DNA of 64,000 nt from an uncultured Thermoleophilia bacterium (GTDB taxonomy: Bacteria > Actinomycetota > Thermoleophilia > UBA2241): assembly GCA_963702475.1 (NCBI GenBank), contig CAVPCT010000005.1, forward strand, positions 768,001 to 832,000, given 5' to 3'. This document shows, in pieces, positions 13,820 to 24,611 of this stretch; position 1 is the first letter of the stretch, and each line of letters opens with the position of its first letter. The translations under genes were made by a program, and so were the position numbers. The notes under the pieces were generated by a model. It was not told where the DNA came from. It worked only from the letters and a program-made list of their open reading frames with translations, and searched no databases.

Positions 13820-14245
13820 ATGGTGAAGAGCGTGCGGTCCAGAGCGTCCAGCGCTGCGGTCCTCGCACTCGCCGTGTTCGCAGCGGCCATGGTCCTCGGC
13901 GCCGCCGGGCCGGCGGCGGACGCCGGCGCGCGGACGCGCGCTCAGGGTCCCACACTGGTCGCCGGTATCTCGACGCACTATCCCTGCGGCGACCCGGTGT
14001 GGTTGCGCGCCCGCCTCAAGGACGGCTCCGCGGTCAAGGGCACCCGCGTGACGTTCTCGTTCAAGCTCACGTCGGGGGCGGTGAGGCTGCACGCGACGAC
14101 CGACGCCAAGGGCATCGCCCGAGTCAGGATCCAGCCGACCGCCGAGACGGCGCAGCAGGGCGTGAGGGTGCGGGTGGTGGCGAAGGCCGTCTACGAGGGC
14201 AAGACCCTGACGGCGACCACCTGGTTCACGCCGAAGTACTCCTGA
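13820..14245 (+). CDS. Secreted hypothetical protein, possibly Ig-like
   Basis: SD GGAGGAG; signal peptide; beta-rich sequence with ATTDAKGIARV. Confidence 0.7.
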   Translation: MVKSVRSRASSAAVLALAVFAAAMVLGAAGPAADAGARTRAQGPTLVAGISTHYPCGDPVWLRARLKDGSAVKGTRVTFSFKLTSGAVRLHATTDAKGIARVRIQPTAETAQQGVRVRVVAKAVYEGKTLTATTWFTPKYS

Positions 14246-14347
14246 GGACCCTGAAGCCCGGCGGTCGCCGGGCGAGCAGCGAAGCCCGAGGCCGGGTTTC
14301 GTGCGGCACGCTGAGGGCCCAGGCCGGCCGCCGCCGGCGGCGCTGAG

Positions 14348-16040
14348 TCAGGCAGGCGTGCCCGCCTGCCCGGCCACGGCGTCCTCGCCGAGCAGCTGGG
14401 TGGCGCGCAGGCCCAGGTAGAGCTCGACGATGTCGTCGGGATCCTGCAGGTCCACGCCGAGCAGGCTCTCTATGCGCCGCAGCCGCTTCTGCAGGGTGTT
14501 GCGGTGCACGAACAGCGCCTCCGCCGTAGGCTGGATGGCCCAATGGTGGTCCAGCCACACGCGCAGGGTCGTCACCAGCTGCCCGTGCCGGCGCCGGTCA
14601 TACTCGATGAGGGGAGCCATGGTGCGGCGCGCCATGTCGGCCAGCGCCTCCTCGCTCTGGCCCGCGAGCAGTCGAAAGCGCCCGCTCATCGCCTCGAACA
14701 GCACGAGCCCGTGCGTGTCCACCCCGCGGGCCGCCGCCGCGGCCGCGTCCGTGGCCTCCTGGAGGGCCCGGCGCCCGTCGAGAGGGTCGGCGTGGGCGGC
14801 GGAGGCGCCGACCGTCAGCGTGACGTCGTAGGGCTCGCCGGCGGCGTACGCCTTGAACACCAGCAGCAGGTCGCGGGCCGACCCGGCGCCCACGACGGCC
14901 GCGCCGTCGGGCATCAGCAGCGATATCGAGCGCCGCCCGGGACGGCTGAGAAACGGGATGAGGCGGTCGCCGAAGAAGCTGTCGACCGCGTCCGTCAGCG
15001 CGTCCTCCTGCTCGGTCATGGGGCGCCGCGGAGCGCCTGGGAGGTGCTCGATCTGGCAGAGCGCGAGCCGCCACGGCTCGCGCAGGTCGAGCCCGTGCTC
15101 GAGCACCCAGGCGGTCGAGCTCCTCGGCGGTGGACGTGCCCGAGACGACCTCGCGCAGCAGGCGCTGGCGCATACGCTGGGTGGCCACGATCTCGTCGCG
15201 GCGCCGCAGCAGGTCCAGGGTGACCAGACGCTGCAGGAACGACAGCGCCATGTGCGCGAACTCGGTGCTGGACGGGTGCCCCACCTGCGCCACGAGGAGC
15301 CGCTCCACCTTGCCGTACAGCACGACCTCGCGGCAGAGGAACGCCTCGTCGCCTGCCTCCACGAAGCCCAGGGGGGCCAGTGAGGGCGTCGCGGCCCCCC
15401 AGGCGTTCCACGCCTTGGCCGCCGTGCGCGCCGGGTCTCGCGTACCCGCGAACCCCACCGGGGCGCCCGTGCCGTCCAGCAGCAAGAGCGGCAGCCCGAT
15501 GAGCGACGCCACCTTGCCCAGGAGCTCGTCGACCGGGGCGTCGGCGATGAGCAGGTCGAGCAGGTCGTTCTGCATGGCCACGGTGCGGCGCAGACGGTGG
15601 AGATCGCCCGACGAGAGCGCGTGGTACACGTACGAGAAGACGGAGCGTACGGCGAGTGGCGGATGGATCTCGAGGATGGGCAGCTTGAGCCGCACGGCGT
15701 GCTCGACCACAGCCGGCGGCACCACGTCGATGAAATGGCCCATGGCGATCGCGAGGGCGGCCGTGTCGATGGCGGTGAGGCGGTCCAGCAGCCGCACGGC
15801 GGCCTCGTCGTCACCGGCGAAGTTGCGTCCCGAGACGACGAGCACGCTCTCGCCGGAGAGGTAGGGAACGGGGTCCTCCGCATCCGAGAAGTGGATGCCC
15901 TTGACCACGCGACCGAGGCCGGCGGCGCCCGTGGCCGTCGTCAGCCCGAGGCCGGAATCCTCAACCAGCTCACGGACCGTCAGGGCCCGTTCGCCGCCCT
16001 CCGTCGCCACCTCGGCGCCCTCGCTTTCGTCATAAGCCAC
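14348..16040 (-). CDS. PucR-family transcriptional regulator; frameshift at ~15113
   Basis: N-terminal PucR domain (LTVRELVEDSGLGL...) in ORF 14598..16040 and C-terminal HTH (TAEALFVHRNTLQKRLRRIE) in ORF 14348..15883; removing one base gives ...AEELDAWVLEHG... Confidence 0.85.
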
Positions 16041-16200
16041 GGGTGTTCATTTGCACACCGAATCGCCGAAGAGTGTGCGTCCGGGTGCCATTGTAACGCT
16101 CGCGCCAAGCGTACACTACGTGTGTACTCCAGCACAGACGACAGCACCCGGCCTCCGCTCCGCGGAAACGGCCGCACGAGATGATGAAGAGGAGAACACG

Positions 16201-16581
16201 ATGTACTCCACCGCTTGGATCACGGCCCACGACCTGAGCCTGGTCTTCGATCCGCAGGGCCGCTTGTGGCACTTCCGCTCCACCTCGCACAGCGCTCCCT
16301 CCATCGGCGCCGCCCTGGAGGGCACCGACATGGTCATCACCCTGGCGACGCCCGGTGCGGGCCCCGGCGACCTCGCCGTCGAGCTCGACGGCAGCGTGCT
16401 GAAGATCACCGGGGAGGCCGGGAGCCTGCGCGGTCTGGTGGCTACCGTGGGGCTCCCCAAGCACGTCGAGCTCCATGCGCTGGAGACGGCCTACGGCGAC
16501 GACGCCTTCGTGGTCCGCGTGCCGCTCGCCCCGGCGACCCTGGAGGCCCCCGAGCGGCAAGCGGTGCCGGTCGCCTGCTGA
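16201..16581 (+). CDS. Hsp20/alpha-crystallin-like small protein
   Basis: SD GAGGAG; ITLATPGAGPGDLAVELDGSVLKITGE...LP...AYGDDAFVVRVP matches the alpha-crystallin pattern. Confidence 0.7.
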   Translation: MYSTAWITAHDLSLVFDPQGRLWHFRSTSHSAPSIGAALEGTDMVITLATPGAGPGDLAVELDGSVLKITGEAGSLRGLVATVGLPKHVELHALETAYGDDAFVVRVPLAPATLEAPERQAVPVAC

Positions 16582-16745
16582 CGCAGCTGCACACAGGCCC
16601 GCCGGCCCCCTACGGTCTGGGCCTTTCCCCCTGCGAGGGCCGGGAGCAGCTCGCTGTTCCCGGCCCTCGGCGCGTACGCACGCGTGTGCGCACGGCCCGC
16701 GCTGGGATAGGCTGCGGCAAGCCTCCCCCGACAGACCGGATACGC

Positions 16746-17933
16746 ATGCAGGACCCCTTCGTCATCGAGCGACTGGACCCCGGGCACATCGACGAGCTCG
16801 CCCCCCTGTGGGCGGCGCTGCTCGATCACGTGGCGGCTCTGCCGGCCGCGCTCGTGCCGGTGCGCCCGGCCGACGAGTCCTGGCCCCTGGAGCGGCGCGA
16901 CGTGCTCGCGGCACTGGCCGGCGACGGCTTCGTGCTCGTCGCCCGCGACGCCGGCCGGACCGTCGGCTACGCGCTCGTCGAGGTCGAAGGCCCGGACCCG
17001 GTCTGGTACACCGGCGACACTCACGCGCACCTTGCGGCGCTGGTCGTCGCGCCCGAGCGCCGCGGGACGGGCGTCGGGAGCGCGCTGCTCGACGCCGTCG
17101 ACGAGGAGCTCGCCCGCCGCGGCGTGGAGGACGTGGAGATCGGCGTGGACACCGGCAACGAGGTCGCGGCCCGCCTGTACGAGAGCCGCGGCTACCGTCC
17201 GGACTTCCGCATCTACTACGGGTCGCCCGGCCGCAGGCCGTGGGCCTGCCTGCGGCGCGAGGAGGAGGACCGCCGGGCCGGGCGCGGCCGCTTCGCCCCG
17301 CCCGGCACGGCGGGCACGCGAGAGCCCGAGCCCGCGTCCGGCCCCGCCTCCGGCCAGCCGGACGCTGCGCAGACGCAGGATGAGCCGCCGGCGGCCGGCC
17401 GCCCCGGCGGCGGCGATTCGGCCGAGCTCGTCATCGAGCCCCTCCCCGCCGCCGAGCTCGACCACCTGGAGCCGCTCTGGACGGTGATGCAGCAGGACCA
17501 CGCCGGCCTGTGGGACGTGCTGCCGGCGCGCGATCCCGACGACTCCTGGCCGCGCCGCCGGCAGCGGTACGCGGACTGGCTGGCGTGCGGAGACTCCTTC
17601 GTCGTCGTGGCGCGCCGCGGCGACAGGCTCGTCGGCTACTTCATGGTGGCGGTCGCCGAGGGCGACGAGACCTTCGCCACCGGCGAGCGGCTGGCGGAGC
17701 TCGAGTCGCTCGTCGTGCTGCACGAGGAGCGCGGCAACGCGATCGGCGAGCAGCTCTTCCAGGCCGGCATGCGGCGCCTGGAAGAGCTGGGCGTGGACGA
17801 CGTGATCAGCGGCGTGCTGCACGGCAACGCCTTTGCGCGCCGCTTCCACGAGAGGCACGGCTTCGTGCCGTTCGTCGACTTCCTGTACGCAAAGCGCGCC
17901 GACATCCAGGCTGCCGGAAGGAGGCCGACGTGA
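16746..17933 (+). CDS. Tandem (two-domain) GNAT acetyltransferase
   Basis: Two GNAT motif-A segments (VVAPERRGTGVG; VVLHEERGNAIG) joined by a Pro/Ala linker. Confidence 0.85.
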   Translation: MQDPFVIERLDPGHIDELAPLWAALLDHVAALPAALVPVRPADESWPLERRDVLAALAGDGFVLVARDAGRTVGYALVEVEGPDPVWYTGDTHAHLAALVVAPERRGTGVGSALLDAVDEELARRGVEDVEIGVDTGNEVAARLYESRGYRPDFRIYYGSPGRRPWACLRREEEDRRAGRGRFAPPGTAGTREPEPASGPASGQPDAAQTQDEPPAAGRPGGGDSAELVIEPLPAAELDHLEPLWTVMQQDHAGLWDVLPARDPDDSWPRRRQRYADWLACGDSFVVVARRGDRLVGYFMVAVAEGDETFATGERLAELESLVVLHEERGNAIGEQLFQAGMRRLEELGVDDVISGVLHGNAFARRFHERHGFVPFVDFLYAKRADIQAAGRRPT

Positions 17934-18446
17934 ACGCAGCCGAGGTGACGCGCGGCCGGAAGAGCGACGAGCTGCCGCGCTACGTGAGCGTGATCGGCGC
18001 GAGCCGGGCCGACGCGGCCCTCATGGCGACGGCCGAGGAGCTCGGCGAGCTGCTGGCGAGCCGCCGGCTTCACCGTGGTGTGCGGCGGCCGCGAGGGCGT
18101 CATGGAGGCCGTGGCGCGCGGCGTGAGGCGGCGAGGGGGCGTCTCCCTCGGCATCCTTCCGGAGGAGGACCGCCGCCGCGCCGCCCCGGACCTCACCTAC
18201 ACCATCTGCACCGGCATCGGCCACGCCCGCAACCTGAGCGTCGTAGCCAGCGGCGACGTGGTGATCGCCGTGGGCGGGGCCTGGGGAACGCTCAGCGAGA
18301 TCGGCCTGGCGCGGAGCATCGGGCGCCCCGTGATCCTGCTGGGCACGTGGCGGATCCTGCCGCCGCAGGGAGGCGAACTCGACGGGGTGCGGCGGGCGTC
18401 CACACCCGCCGAAGCCGTCGAGCTCGCCGTCGCGGCGCTCGTCTGA
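17930..18446 (+). CDS. TIGR00725-like LOG/SLOG family protein; frameshift at ~18065
   Basis: VSVIGAS...AEELGELLA in one frame, continuing as GFTVVCGGREGVMEA...TGIGHARN...GGAWGTLSEI after removing one C. Confidence 0.85.
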
Positions 18447-18547
18447 CCGCCGGTCCACGCGAACGTCAACCACTCGCGCGGTCGGCGGGGACGTCTCCCG
18501 GCTTGCGCGGCTGCTACAGTACCCACTACGTCGTTGAATCCGGCCCA

Positions 18548-21433
18548 GTGAGCCGCCCCTTGTCAGGAGAACCTCACATCCTCGGCCCCGTGGCGGCGAA
18601 GCTCTCCAGGCCGGTCACGGCAGGAGCGGTCCTTCGCCCCGAGACCGTCGCCGCCTTCGATGCAGGTCTTCGCCGCCGTCTCACGGTCGTCTGCGCACCC
18701 GCCGGCTACGGCAAGTCCACGGCCGCGGCGGCCGCTACCGCCGAGCTCGGCGTCGACTGCGTGTGGTACAAGCTGGACCTGCTCGACCGCGATCCCGTCC
18801 TGTTCCTGGCATCGCTCGCCGAGGCGCTTCGTGACCGCGCCCCCCAGTTCGGCGAGCCGATCCGTGAACGACTCAGATCGTCGGGGAGTGAGCCGTTCCC
18901 GCTCTCCCACCTGCAGGCCATGTTCGTCCGTGAGTGCGAGACCCACCTCGGCAATGCTGCCGTCCACCTGGCGCTCGACGACTTCCACGAGGCCGCGGAG
19001 TCCAGCGCCACCACGTCGGCGCTCGACTACCTCCTCGCCAATCTCCCGCGAGGCTTTCGCTTCGTGGTGATCGGCAGATACGACCCGTCCCTGCGACTCG
19101 CCAAGCTCAGGCTGGAGGACCAGGTGGGCCTGGTCGACGCCGGCGTCCTGCGCTTCAGTGTCACGCAGGCCGCCGCCGTCCTCGAGGCACGCACGGGGGT
19201 GCGACCCGAGCCCCACCACGTGCGACAGCTGGTCGACATCACAGAAGGATGGCCGGCGAGCATCGTGTTCGCCGGCCTTGTCCTCGACTGGCAGGCACCC
19301 GACCGAGTCGACGCCGCCCTCTCGGACCCGCGCCTCAAACAGGATATCTACTCGTACCTCGCGGAACAGGTGTACGCCAGCGAGGATCGCGCGACCAGGG
19401 CCTTCCTCAAGCGGACCTGTTGCCTGGACAACCTCACCGTGGACCTCGCCGGGCGCGTGGGACGCACGCGGTTGGCCGCCAAGAGACTCGCGCATCTCGC
19501 GGCCAAGAGTGTCTTCACGTTCGCGACCGCGGACGAGGGGGCGTACCGGTACCATCGCCTGTTCCGGGACTTCCTCAGGCAGAAGTTCGTCCAGGACGAG
19601 GGCGAGGGGGCGTTTCGCAGGTTGCACGTCGAGACCGCGGAGGTACTGGAGGACGCCGGGGAGACGGAGCTGGCGATCGAGCTCTTCCTCGATGCCAACG
19701 AGCCGCGAGAGGCGCTGCGCATCGTCGCCGCCGTGGGTGAGGCCATGCTCGCCGACGTGCCGTCGGACCGGCTCGCATCCTGGCTGGAGCGACTGCCCCC
19801 AGACCTCAGGTCCGGTGAGCCGTGGCCGCTGCTCCTGGAGGCACAACTCCGCTGCCGCGAAGCCGACTACGGGCGCGCGCTGAACGGCATCGGCGAGGCC
19901 GAGCGCCTCTTTCGCGCGACCGCCGACGACGCCGGATTGTACGAGTGTCTGTCGATGCGCGAAAGCGCGCTGTTCTGGCGCGGCGACACCGCCGCGGCCA
20001 TGGACGCATGCCGCGAGGCGCTGGAACGCGCCGGCACCGACGCCCAGAGGATCCACTCGCTCCTCAGCCTCGGCTCCGCCGCCGTCGAGGCACGAGACTG
20101 GGCGCTCGCGGACGACTCGTTCGCCCGCGCGGACGACCTCGCCCTGACGACCGATCCGCGCGAACGCCCGCGCGCACAGGCTCTCCGATCACACGCGCTG
20201 TACTACCAAGGGTTCGTTCGGGAGGCACGCGAAGCAATGCCCGACACGCGCGACCTAATAGTGTCACCGTCACTCCATGTTGCCGCGACCAACACCTTGG
20301 GCATGATCCGCACCGCCCTCGGCGACTACCAAGGGGCCCTGGCCTGTCTGGGCGAGGCCCTCGAGGCCGCACGGCGGTTCGGGTTCGCCGCCCCGCGCGA
20401 CATGATTCTCGACAACATCGGGCTCGCCACGGGCTCCTGCGGCGACCTCCTCGCCGGCCTCGAGCACGTCCGCGCCGCGGCTCGTGGTGACGCCTACGAG
20501 CAGCAGCCCGGCCTGCGAGCCTGGGCGCAGTGCCACGAGGCCACCCTGCTTCGGAGGGCCGGTCATGTGGAGGAGGCGCGACTGGCGGCGGAGCAGGTCG
20601 TGATCCAGGCGCGCGCGCTGGACGACACCTACGCGCGCCTCAACTTCGAGGCCAACCTGCTGTTCGCACGTGGTCTGCTCGGCGACGACACGAGAGACGG
20701 CATGGACCAAGTGGCAAGGCGTGCCGATGGGCTGCAGCTTGCCTTCGTGGCGCTCAAGGCGCGCCTCTTCGCGGCCGTCGTCGCCGACACGAGGGGGCAC
20801 GCGAAAGACGCGGAGGCGCGCCTGGCGCACTGTCTGCCGCGGCAGCTTGAACTGGGCCACCTGCATGTGGTGACCCAGGAGCTGTGCCCGCGGCCGCACG
20901 CCGCTCTGAGGGCGCTGTCGGTGCTGGAACGTGCCGGGCTTCATCGGCGACTCATGGACGCGCTCGCGCTCCACCCCGGGTTCGCGGAACTCGCCGACAC
21001 CCTCTGCGCCGGACGCGCCGACCTCGCCGCGCTCGCCGTGGACGCGGCGCGGCGCTCCGCCCCCGATGCCGTGCTCACGCGCGTGCTGCGCGCTGCGGGG
21101 CGTTGCGGTCGGGACAACGTGGCCGCGGCGGTGGAGCGGGCGCGCACGGCTCGTCCCACGGCCACCGGGCGCGCCGCCGCCATGCTGGAGCGGCTCACGC
21201 CCCGCGAACGCGAGGTCCTGTCGCTCATGGCGGACGGCCTGCGCAACCGCGACATCGTCGCGCGTCTGTTCCTCTCCGAGTCGACGGTGAAGACTCACGT
21301 CTACCACATCTTCACCAAGCTCGAGGTGAAGACGCGGGTCGAGGCGGTCCTTCTCCATCACGATGCGCTCCCGTCACCCGGAGCCGCGGCGCATCTCAAC
21401 CCCCGCATACCGGGAGATACGACCGCGGTATGA
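18548..21433 (+). CDS. MalT-like ATP-dependent transcriptional regulator (STAND NTPase, TPR-like region, LuxR HTH)
   Basis: KLSRP, Walker A APAGYGKST, Walker B LALDDFH, TEGWPA, YRYHRLFRDFL, C-terminal LTPREREVL...GLRNRDI...LFLSESTVKTHVYHIFTKL; start approximate. Confidence 0.92.
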   Translation: MSRPLSGEPHILGPVAAKLSRPVTAGAVLRPETVAAFDAGLRRRLTVVCAPAGYGKSTAAAAATAELGVDCVWYKLDLLDRDPVLFLASLAEALRDRAPQFGEPIRERLRSSGSEPFPLSHLQAMFVRECETHLGNAAVHLALDDFHEAAESSATTSALDYLLANLPRGFRFVVIGRYDPSLRLAKLRLEDQVGLVDAGVLRFSVTQAAAVLEARTGVRPEPHHVRQLVDITEGWPASIVFAGLVLDWQAPDRVDAALSDPRLKQDIYSYLAEQVYASEDRATRAFLKRTCCLDNLTVDLAGRVGRTRLAAKRLAHLAAKSVFTFATADEGAYRYHRLFRDFLRQKFVQDEGEGAFRRLHVETAEVLEDAGETELAIELFLDANEPREALRIVAAVGEAMLADVPSDRLASWLERLPPDLRSGEPWPLLLEAQLRCREADYGRALNGIGEAERLFRATADDAGLYECLSMRESALFWRGDTAAAMDACREALERAGTDAQRIHSLLSLGSAAVEARDWALADDSFARADDLALTTDPRERPRAQALRSHALYYQGFVREAREAMPDTRDLIVSPSLHVAATNTLGMIRTALGDYQGALACLGEALEAARRFGFAAPRDMILDNIGLATGSCGDLLAGLEHVRAAARGDAYEQQPGLRAWAQCHEATLLRRAGHVEEARLAAEQVVIQARALDDTYARLNFEANLLFARGLLGDDTRDGMDQVARRADGLQLAFVALKARLFAAVVADTRGHAKDAEARLAHCLPRQLELGHLHVVTQELCPRPHAALRALSVLERAGLHRRLMDALALHPGFAELADTLCAGRADLAALAVDAARRSAPDAVLTRVLRAAGRCGRDNVAAAVERARTARPTATGRAAAMLERLTPREREVLSLMADGLRNRDIVARLFLSESTVKTHVYHIFTKLEVKTRVEAVLLHHDALPSPGAAAHLNPRIPGDTTAV

Positions 21434-21500
21434 TTCGCTTCCCGCTCCCGCTGGCTACGATGCGTTCCCCATCAACCCAGCCTCGGCAACAGGAGCGAAG

Positions 21501-22520
21501 ATGGAAGCATCCACATCCGTCGTCTACATCGAGTCGAACCGCATGAGCCAGCGCAAGAAGACGGTGATCGACCTCCTGCGTGCCGGCGAGGACTTCGTGT
21601 CGGGCGAGGCCATGAGCGCGCAGCTCGGCATCTCGCGGAACGCCGTGCACAAGCACATCAAGTCGCTGCGCCGGCGGGGCTACCGCATCCTGGGCGTCTC
21701 CCGTCGCGGTTATCGTCTGGAGGAGGAGCCGAGCCGTCTCTCCATGGCGCACGTCACCGACCGCACGGCCGGCAGCGCGTTCGCCCGCTCCTACCGCTAC
21801 TACGACGAGATCGAGTCGACCAACGTGGAGGCCAAGTCGCTCGCCAACAGCGGCGCCCCCGAAGGCACCGTGGTGATCGCCGAGTCGCAGACTGCCGGAC
21901 GCGGCCGGCTCGGGCGCCGCTGGACGTCCCCGGCGGGCAAGGGACTGCTCTTCTCCGCACTGCTGCGTCCGGCCTTCCCGATGGGCGACGCCCACATGCT
22001 CACCCTGGTGGCGGCGTGCGCCGCCGCCGAGGCCATCGAGTCGCTCGCCGACGTGGCGGTGGCCATCAAGTGGCCCAACGACCTCTTCATCGGCGACCGC
22101 AAGGTGGGCGGCATCCTGCTCGAGGTGGCCGGCGAGCAGGATGAGGTCGACTGGATCGTCGTGGGCATGGGCGTCAACGTGAACACCGAGTACTCTGAGT
22201 TGCCCGTCGCGCTGCGCAGAACAGCGACGTCCCTGAAGATGACCACGGGCGCCCCGGTCGACAGGAGTGAGCTCCTCGCGCGGCTGCTGCTCGCACTCGA
22301 CGGCCACTACCGGCGTGCGCTGTCCGACGGCTTCGAGCGCGCCTTGAGTGAGTTCAGGAGCCGGGACTACCTCGTGCGCCGCACGGTGAGCGTCCAGACT
22401 CGCGAGGGCGCGGTGGTGGGCGAAGCCGTCGGTATCGACGAGCGCGGCGCCCTGCTCGTGCAGGTGCCTCACCGCTCGGTGCGTTCGTTCCACTCCGGCG
22501 ACGTCACCCTCGCCACCTGA
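21501..22520 (+). CDS. birA: Bifunctional biotin ligase/repressor BirA
   Basis: N-terminal HTH (SGEAMSAQLGISRNAVHKHI), STN, QTAGRGRLGRRW, KWPND, KVGGIL. Confidence 0.96.
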   Translation: MEASTSVVYIESNRMSQRKKTVIDLLRAGEDFVSGEAMSAQLGISRNAVHKHIKSLRRRGYRILGVSRRGYRLEEEPSRLSMAHVTDRTAGSAFARSYRYYDEIESTNVEAKSLANSGAPEGTVVIAESQTAGRGRLGRRWTSPAGKGLLFSALLRPAFPMGDAHMLTLVAACAAAEAIESLADVAVAIKWPNDLFIGDRKVGGILLEVAGEQDEVDWIVVGMGVNVNTEYSELPVALRRTATSLKMTTGAPVDRSELLARLLLALDGHYRRALSDGFERALSEFRSRDYLVRRTVSVQTREGAVVGEAVGIDERGALLVQVPHRSVRSFHSGDVTLAT

Positions 22521-22548
22521 GCCGCACGCGCCCCGGGAGGTCGTCACC

Positions 22549-22610
22549 TTGACAACCTCCCGGGGCGCGCCCTACATTGTCACCTCTGTTCTCCGGAGCA
22601 AGGTTGACGA
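22549..22610 (+). promoter_or_regulatory. Sigma70-type promoter and BirA-like operator upstream of bioY
   Basis: TTGACA(22549)-N18-TACATT(22573), overlapped by the imperfect palindrome TTGTCACC-N17-GGTTGACGA. Confidence 0.65.
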
Positions 22611-22611
22611 T

Positions 22612-23163
22612 TTGCAGCAGCTTCAGGCGCGCGAGGTCGCCTACGCCGCCCTCTTCGCGGCCCTCATCGCGGCAGGCGCGTTCGTGGCCGTCCCGCTCGG
22701 CCCCGTGCCCTTCACCCTGCAGGTACTCGTGGTGCTGCTCGCGGGCCTCGTGCTGGGCCCACGCGGCGGTACGCTCGCTGTCGCTGCCTACCTCGTCCTG
22801 GGGCTCGTCGCTCCGGTCTATGCCGGCGGCACGTCGGGCGTCGGCGTCCTCGTCGGACCGACGGGCGGGTATCTGTGGGGCTTCGTTCTCGGGGCCGCTG
22901 CCGCGGGTCTCGTGGCGCGGCGCACCGGACCGAGGCTCCTGGGTCTGACGGCCGCGGCCCTCGCGGGACTGGTGCCGATCTACGCGCTGGGTACGACGTG
23001 GCTGGCGTTCCAGCTCCACCTGGACGCCGGGGCGGCCATAGCCGCCGGCGCGCTGCCGTTTCTCACCGCCGACCTGGTGAAGGCAGGAGCCGCCGCCCTG
23101 GCGGCGAGAAGCCTGCTCAGCCTGCCGCTGGGTCTTCCCGAGCCTCAGACGAGAGGCCGCTGA
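22612..23163 (+). CDS. bioY: Biotin transporter BioY
   Basis: PVPFTLQ, GPTGGYLWGF motifs; highly hydrophobic; next to birA; start uncertain. Confidence 0.93.
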   Translation: MQQLQAREVAYAALFAALIAAGAFVAVPLGPVPFTLQVLVVLLAGLVLGPRGGTLAVAAYLVLGLVAPVYAGGTSGVGVLVGPTGGYLWGFVLGAAAAGLVARRTGPRLLGLTAAALAGLVPIYALGTTWLAFQLHLDAGAAIAAGALPFLTADLVKAGAAALAARSLLSLPLGLPEPQTRGR

Positions 23164-24550
23164 CGTCGGCCAGCGCCCGGCCGCGGAGGCGGAGGTTGAT
23201 GCGCCCGCGCTCGTACTCGACCATGAAGTCGGTCGAGCTGCCGTCCCTGTACGCGAGGTCCTTGTCGCGCAGGACCCGGGCCAGCGCCTCCACGTAGTCC
23301 TTCTCGAGGGTCTTGCCCGAAGCCCCGCGCAGCTCCTTGAGCGCCTCGAACGAGCTGCGCGCCGAGTGGTACGGCCGGTCCGACGTCATCGCGTGGTACG
23401 AGTCGGCGACCGCGAGGATCTTGCTCAGCTCGGGGATGTCGTCGCCCTTCATGCCGGACGGGTAGCCGCTGCCGTCCAGCCGCTCGTGATGGTACCGGAC
23501 GATGTCGGCCACTCCCTGGTACGCGACCAGGTGCGAGAGCACCTCGGCGCCCTTCTCCGGATGCTCTCTGACGCAGGACCAGTCCTGCTCGTCGAGGACG
23601 GTCGTCTTGCGGAGCACGGCGTCGGGTACTCCGACCTTCCCCAGGTCGTGGAGGAGGCCCGCGAGGTGCAGCGCCTCGGCCTGCTCCTCCGGCAGGCTCA
23701 GCACCATGGCCATGTCGCGGCAGTACATGGCGACCGCGGCAGAGTGCTGGGCAGTGTACTCGTCCTTGCTGTCGAGCAACACCACCATGGCCGCCGCCAG
23801 GCCGATGTTCATCTCGAGATACTGGTCGCTGAGCTCCTTCTGCCGGGTCAGATGCTGCTTCTCGCGGACCAGCAGCTTGAACATGTACTGGCTCGAGAAC
23901 AACGGGATGAACAGGAGCGCCACAGCGACGATGCCAGCCTCGGCGTACAAGGCGGCAATGGCCAAGCCGAGCAGAAGAAGCACGCCCAGGGAGCGCATGA
24001 AGGGCGGCATCTCCTCACGCCAGAAGGAACCAAGGTGTCTCTGGTACTTGACCCGCATGCCCATGCTGACCAGCGCGAGATTGGCCGCTTCAAAAGTAAC
24101 CGCAGCTGCAGCGCCGGCCGCGAGCAGCGAAACCGAGAGGGAGTCCGGAGGCACGTCGAGCGCTCGTGACACCGCCTCGAAGACCATGGTGGCCAGAAAC
24201 ACCGAGAGCACCGTGTTGGCCACGTTGAAGACGACGACGACGCGGGACTCCTCGCGCCAGGCGCCCCAGAGCCCGAGCACGAGCGCCACGGCGAGCGCCG
24301 GCACGCGGCCGGTGTACATGATCGCGAGAAGGAGCGGCAGGTTGCCGGCGGCGAGCGTGACGCGTTCCGACACCTCGACCGACATCTCGTCGGCGATCAC
24401 CGCGAGGACGGCGAACACCACTGCGTCGCGCAGCACGGTCGTCGTCAGGACAACGGAGCCCGGGTACAGCAGGGCGTAGCCCACGGCAAGCGAGCCCGCT
24501 GCGGCCAGCCCGACCGCGAACGCGCGGAAGTTGCGCTCAGCTATCGACAC
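23117..24550 (-). CDS. Membrane-bound HD-GYP cyclic-dinucleotide phosphodiesterase with a ~7-8 TM sensor domain
   Basis: SD GAGGTGG before GTG; hydrophobic N-terminal ~240 aa; KDEYTAQHS, LLHDLGK, HHERLDGSGYP, ADSYHAMTSDRPY. Confidence 0.93.
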   Translation of the reverse strand: MSIAERNFRAFAVGLAAAGSLAVGYALLYPGSVVLTTTVLRDAVVFAVLAVIADEMSVEVSERVTLAAGNLPLLLAIMYTGRVPALAVALVLGLWGAWREESRVVVVFNVANTVLSVFLATMVFEAVSRALDVPPDSLSVSLLAAGAAAAVTFEAANLALVSMGMRVKYQRHLGSFWREEMPPFMRSLGVLLLLGLAIAALYAEAGIVAVALLFIPLFSSQYMFKLLVREKQHLTRQKELSDQYLEMNIGLAAAMVVLLDSKDEYTAQHSAAVAMYCRDMAMVLSLPEEQAEALHLAGLLHDLGKVGVPDAVLRKTTVLDEQDWSCVREHPEKGAEVLSHLVAYQGVADIVRYHHERLDGSGYPSGMKGDDIPELSKILAVADSYHAMTSDRPYHSARSSFEALKELRGASGKTLEKDYVEALARVLRDKDLAYRDGSSTDFMVEYERGRINLRLRGRALADVSGLSSEAREDPAAG

Positions 24551-24611
24551 TCCACCTCACCCGGGTCCTCGGTGTGGCGTCTATCGGCAGCACCTGGGGC
24601 GGGCTTGAGGG

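Noticed and set aside
15100-18070. Programmed ribosomal frameshifting in the PucR and TIGR00725-like genes
   Set aside because: No slippery heptamers or shared signal; scattered single-base indels are better explained by sequencing error.
17510-21433. 1307-aa ORF as a LOG-MalT fusion
   Set aside because: It is a composite of an off-frame GNAT region, the frameshifted TIGR00725 N-terminus and an intergenic stretch; the regulator begins near 18548.
23117-23163. 47-bp convergent overlap of bioY and the HD-GYP gene as an antisense regulatory device
   Set aside because: Short 3' overlaps of low-complexity tails are common in GC-rich genomes, and there is no further evidence.
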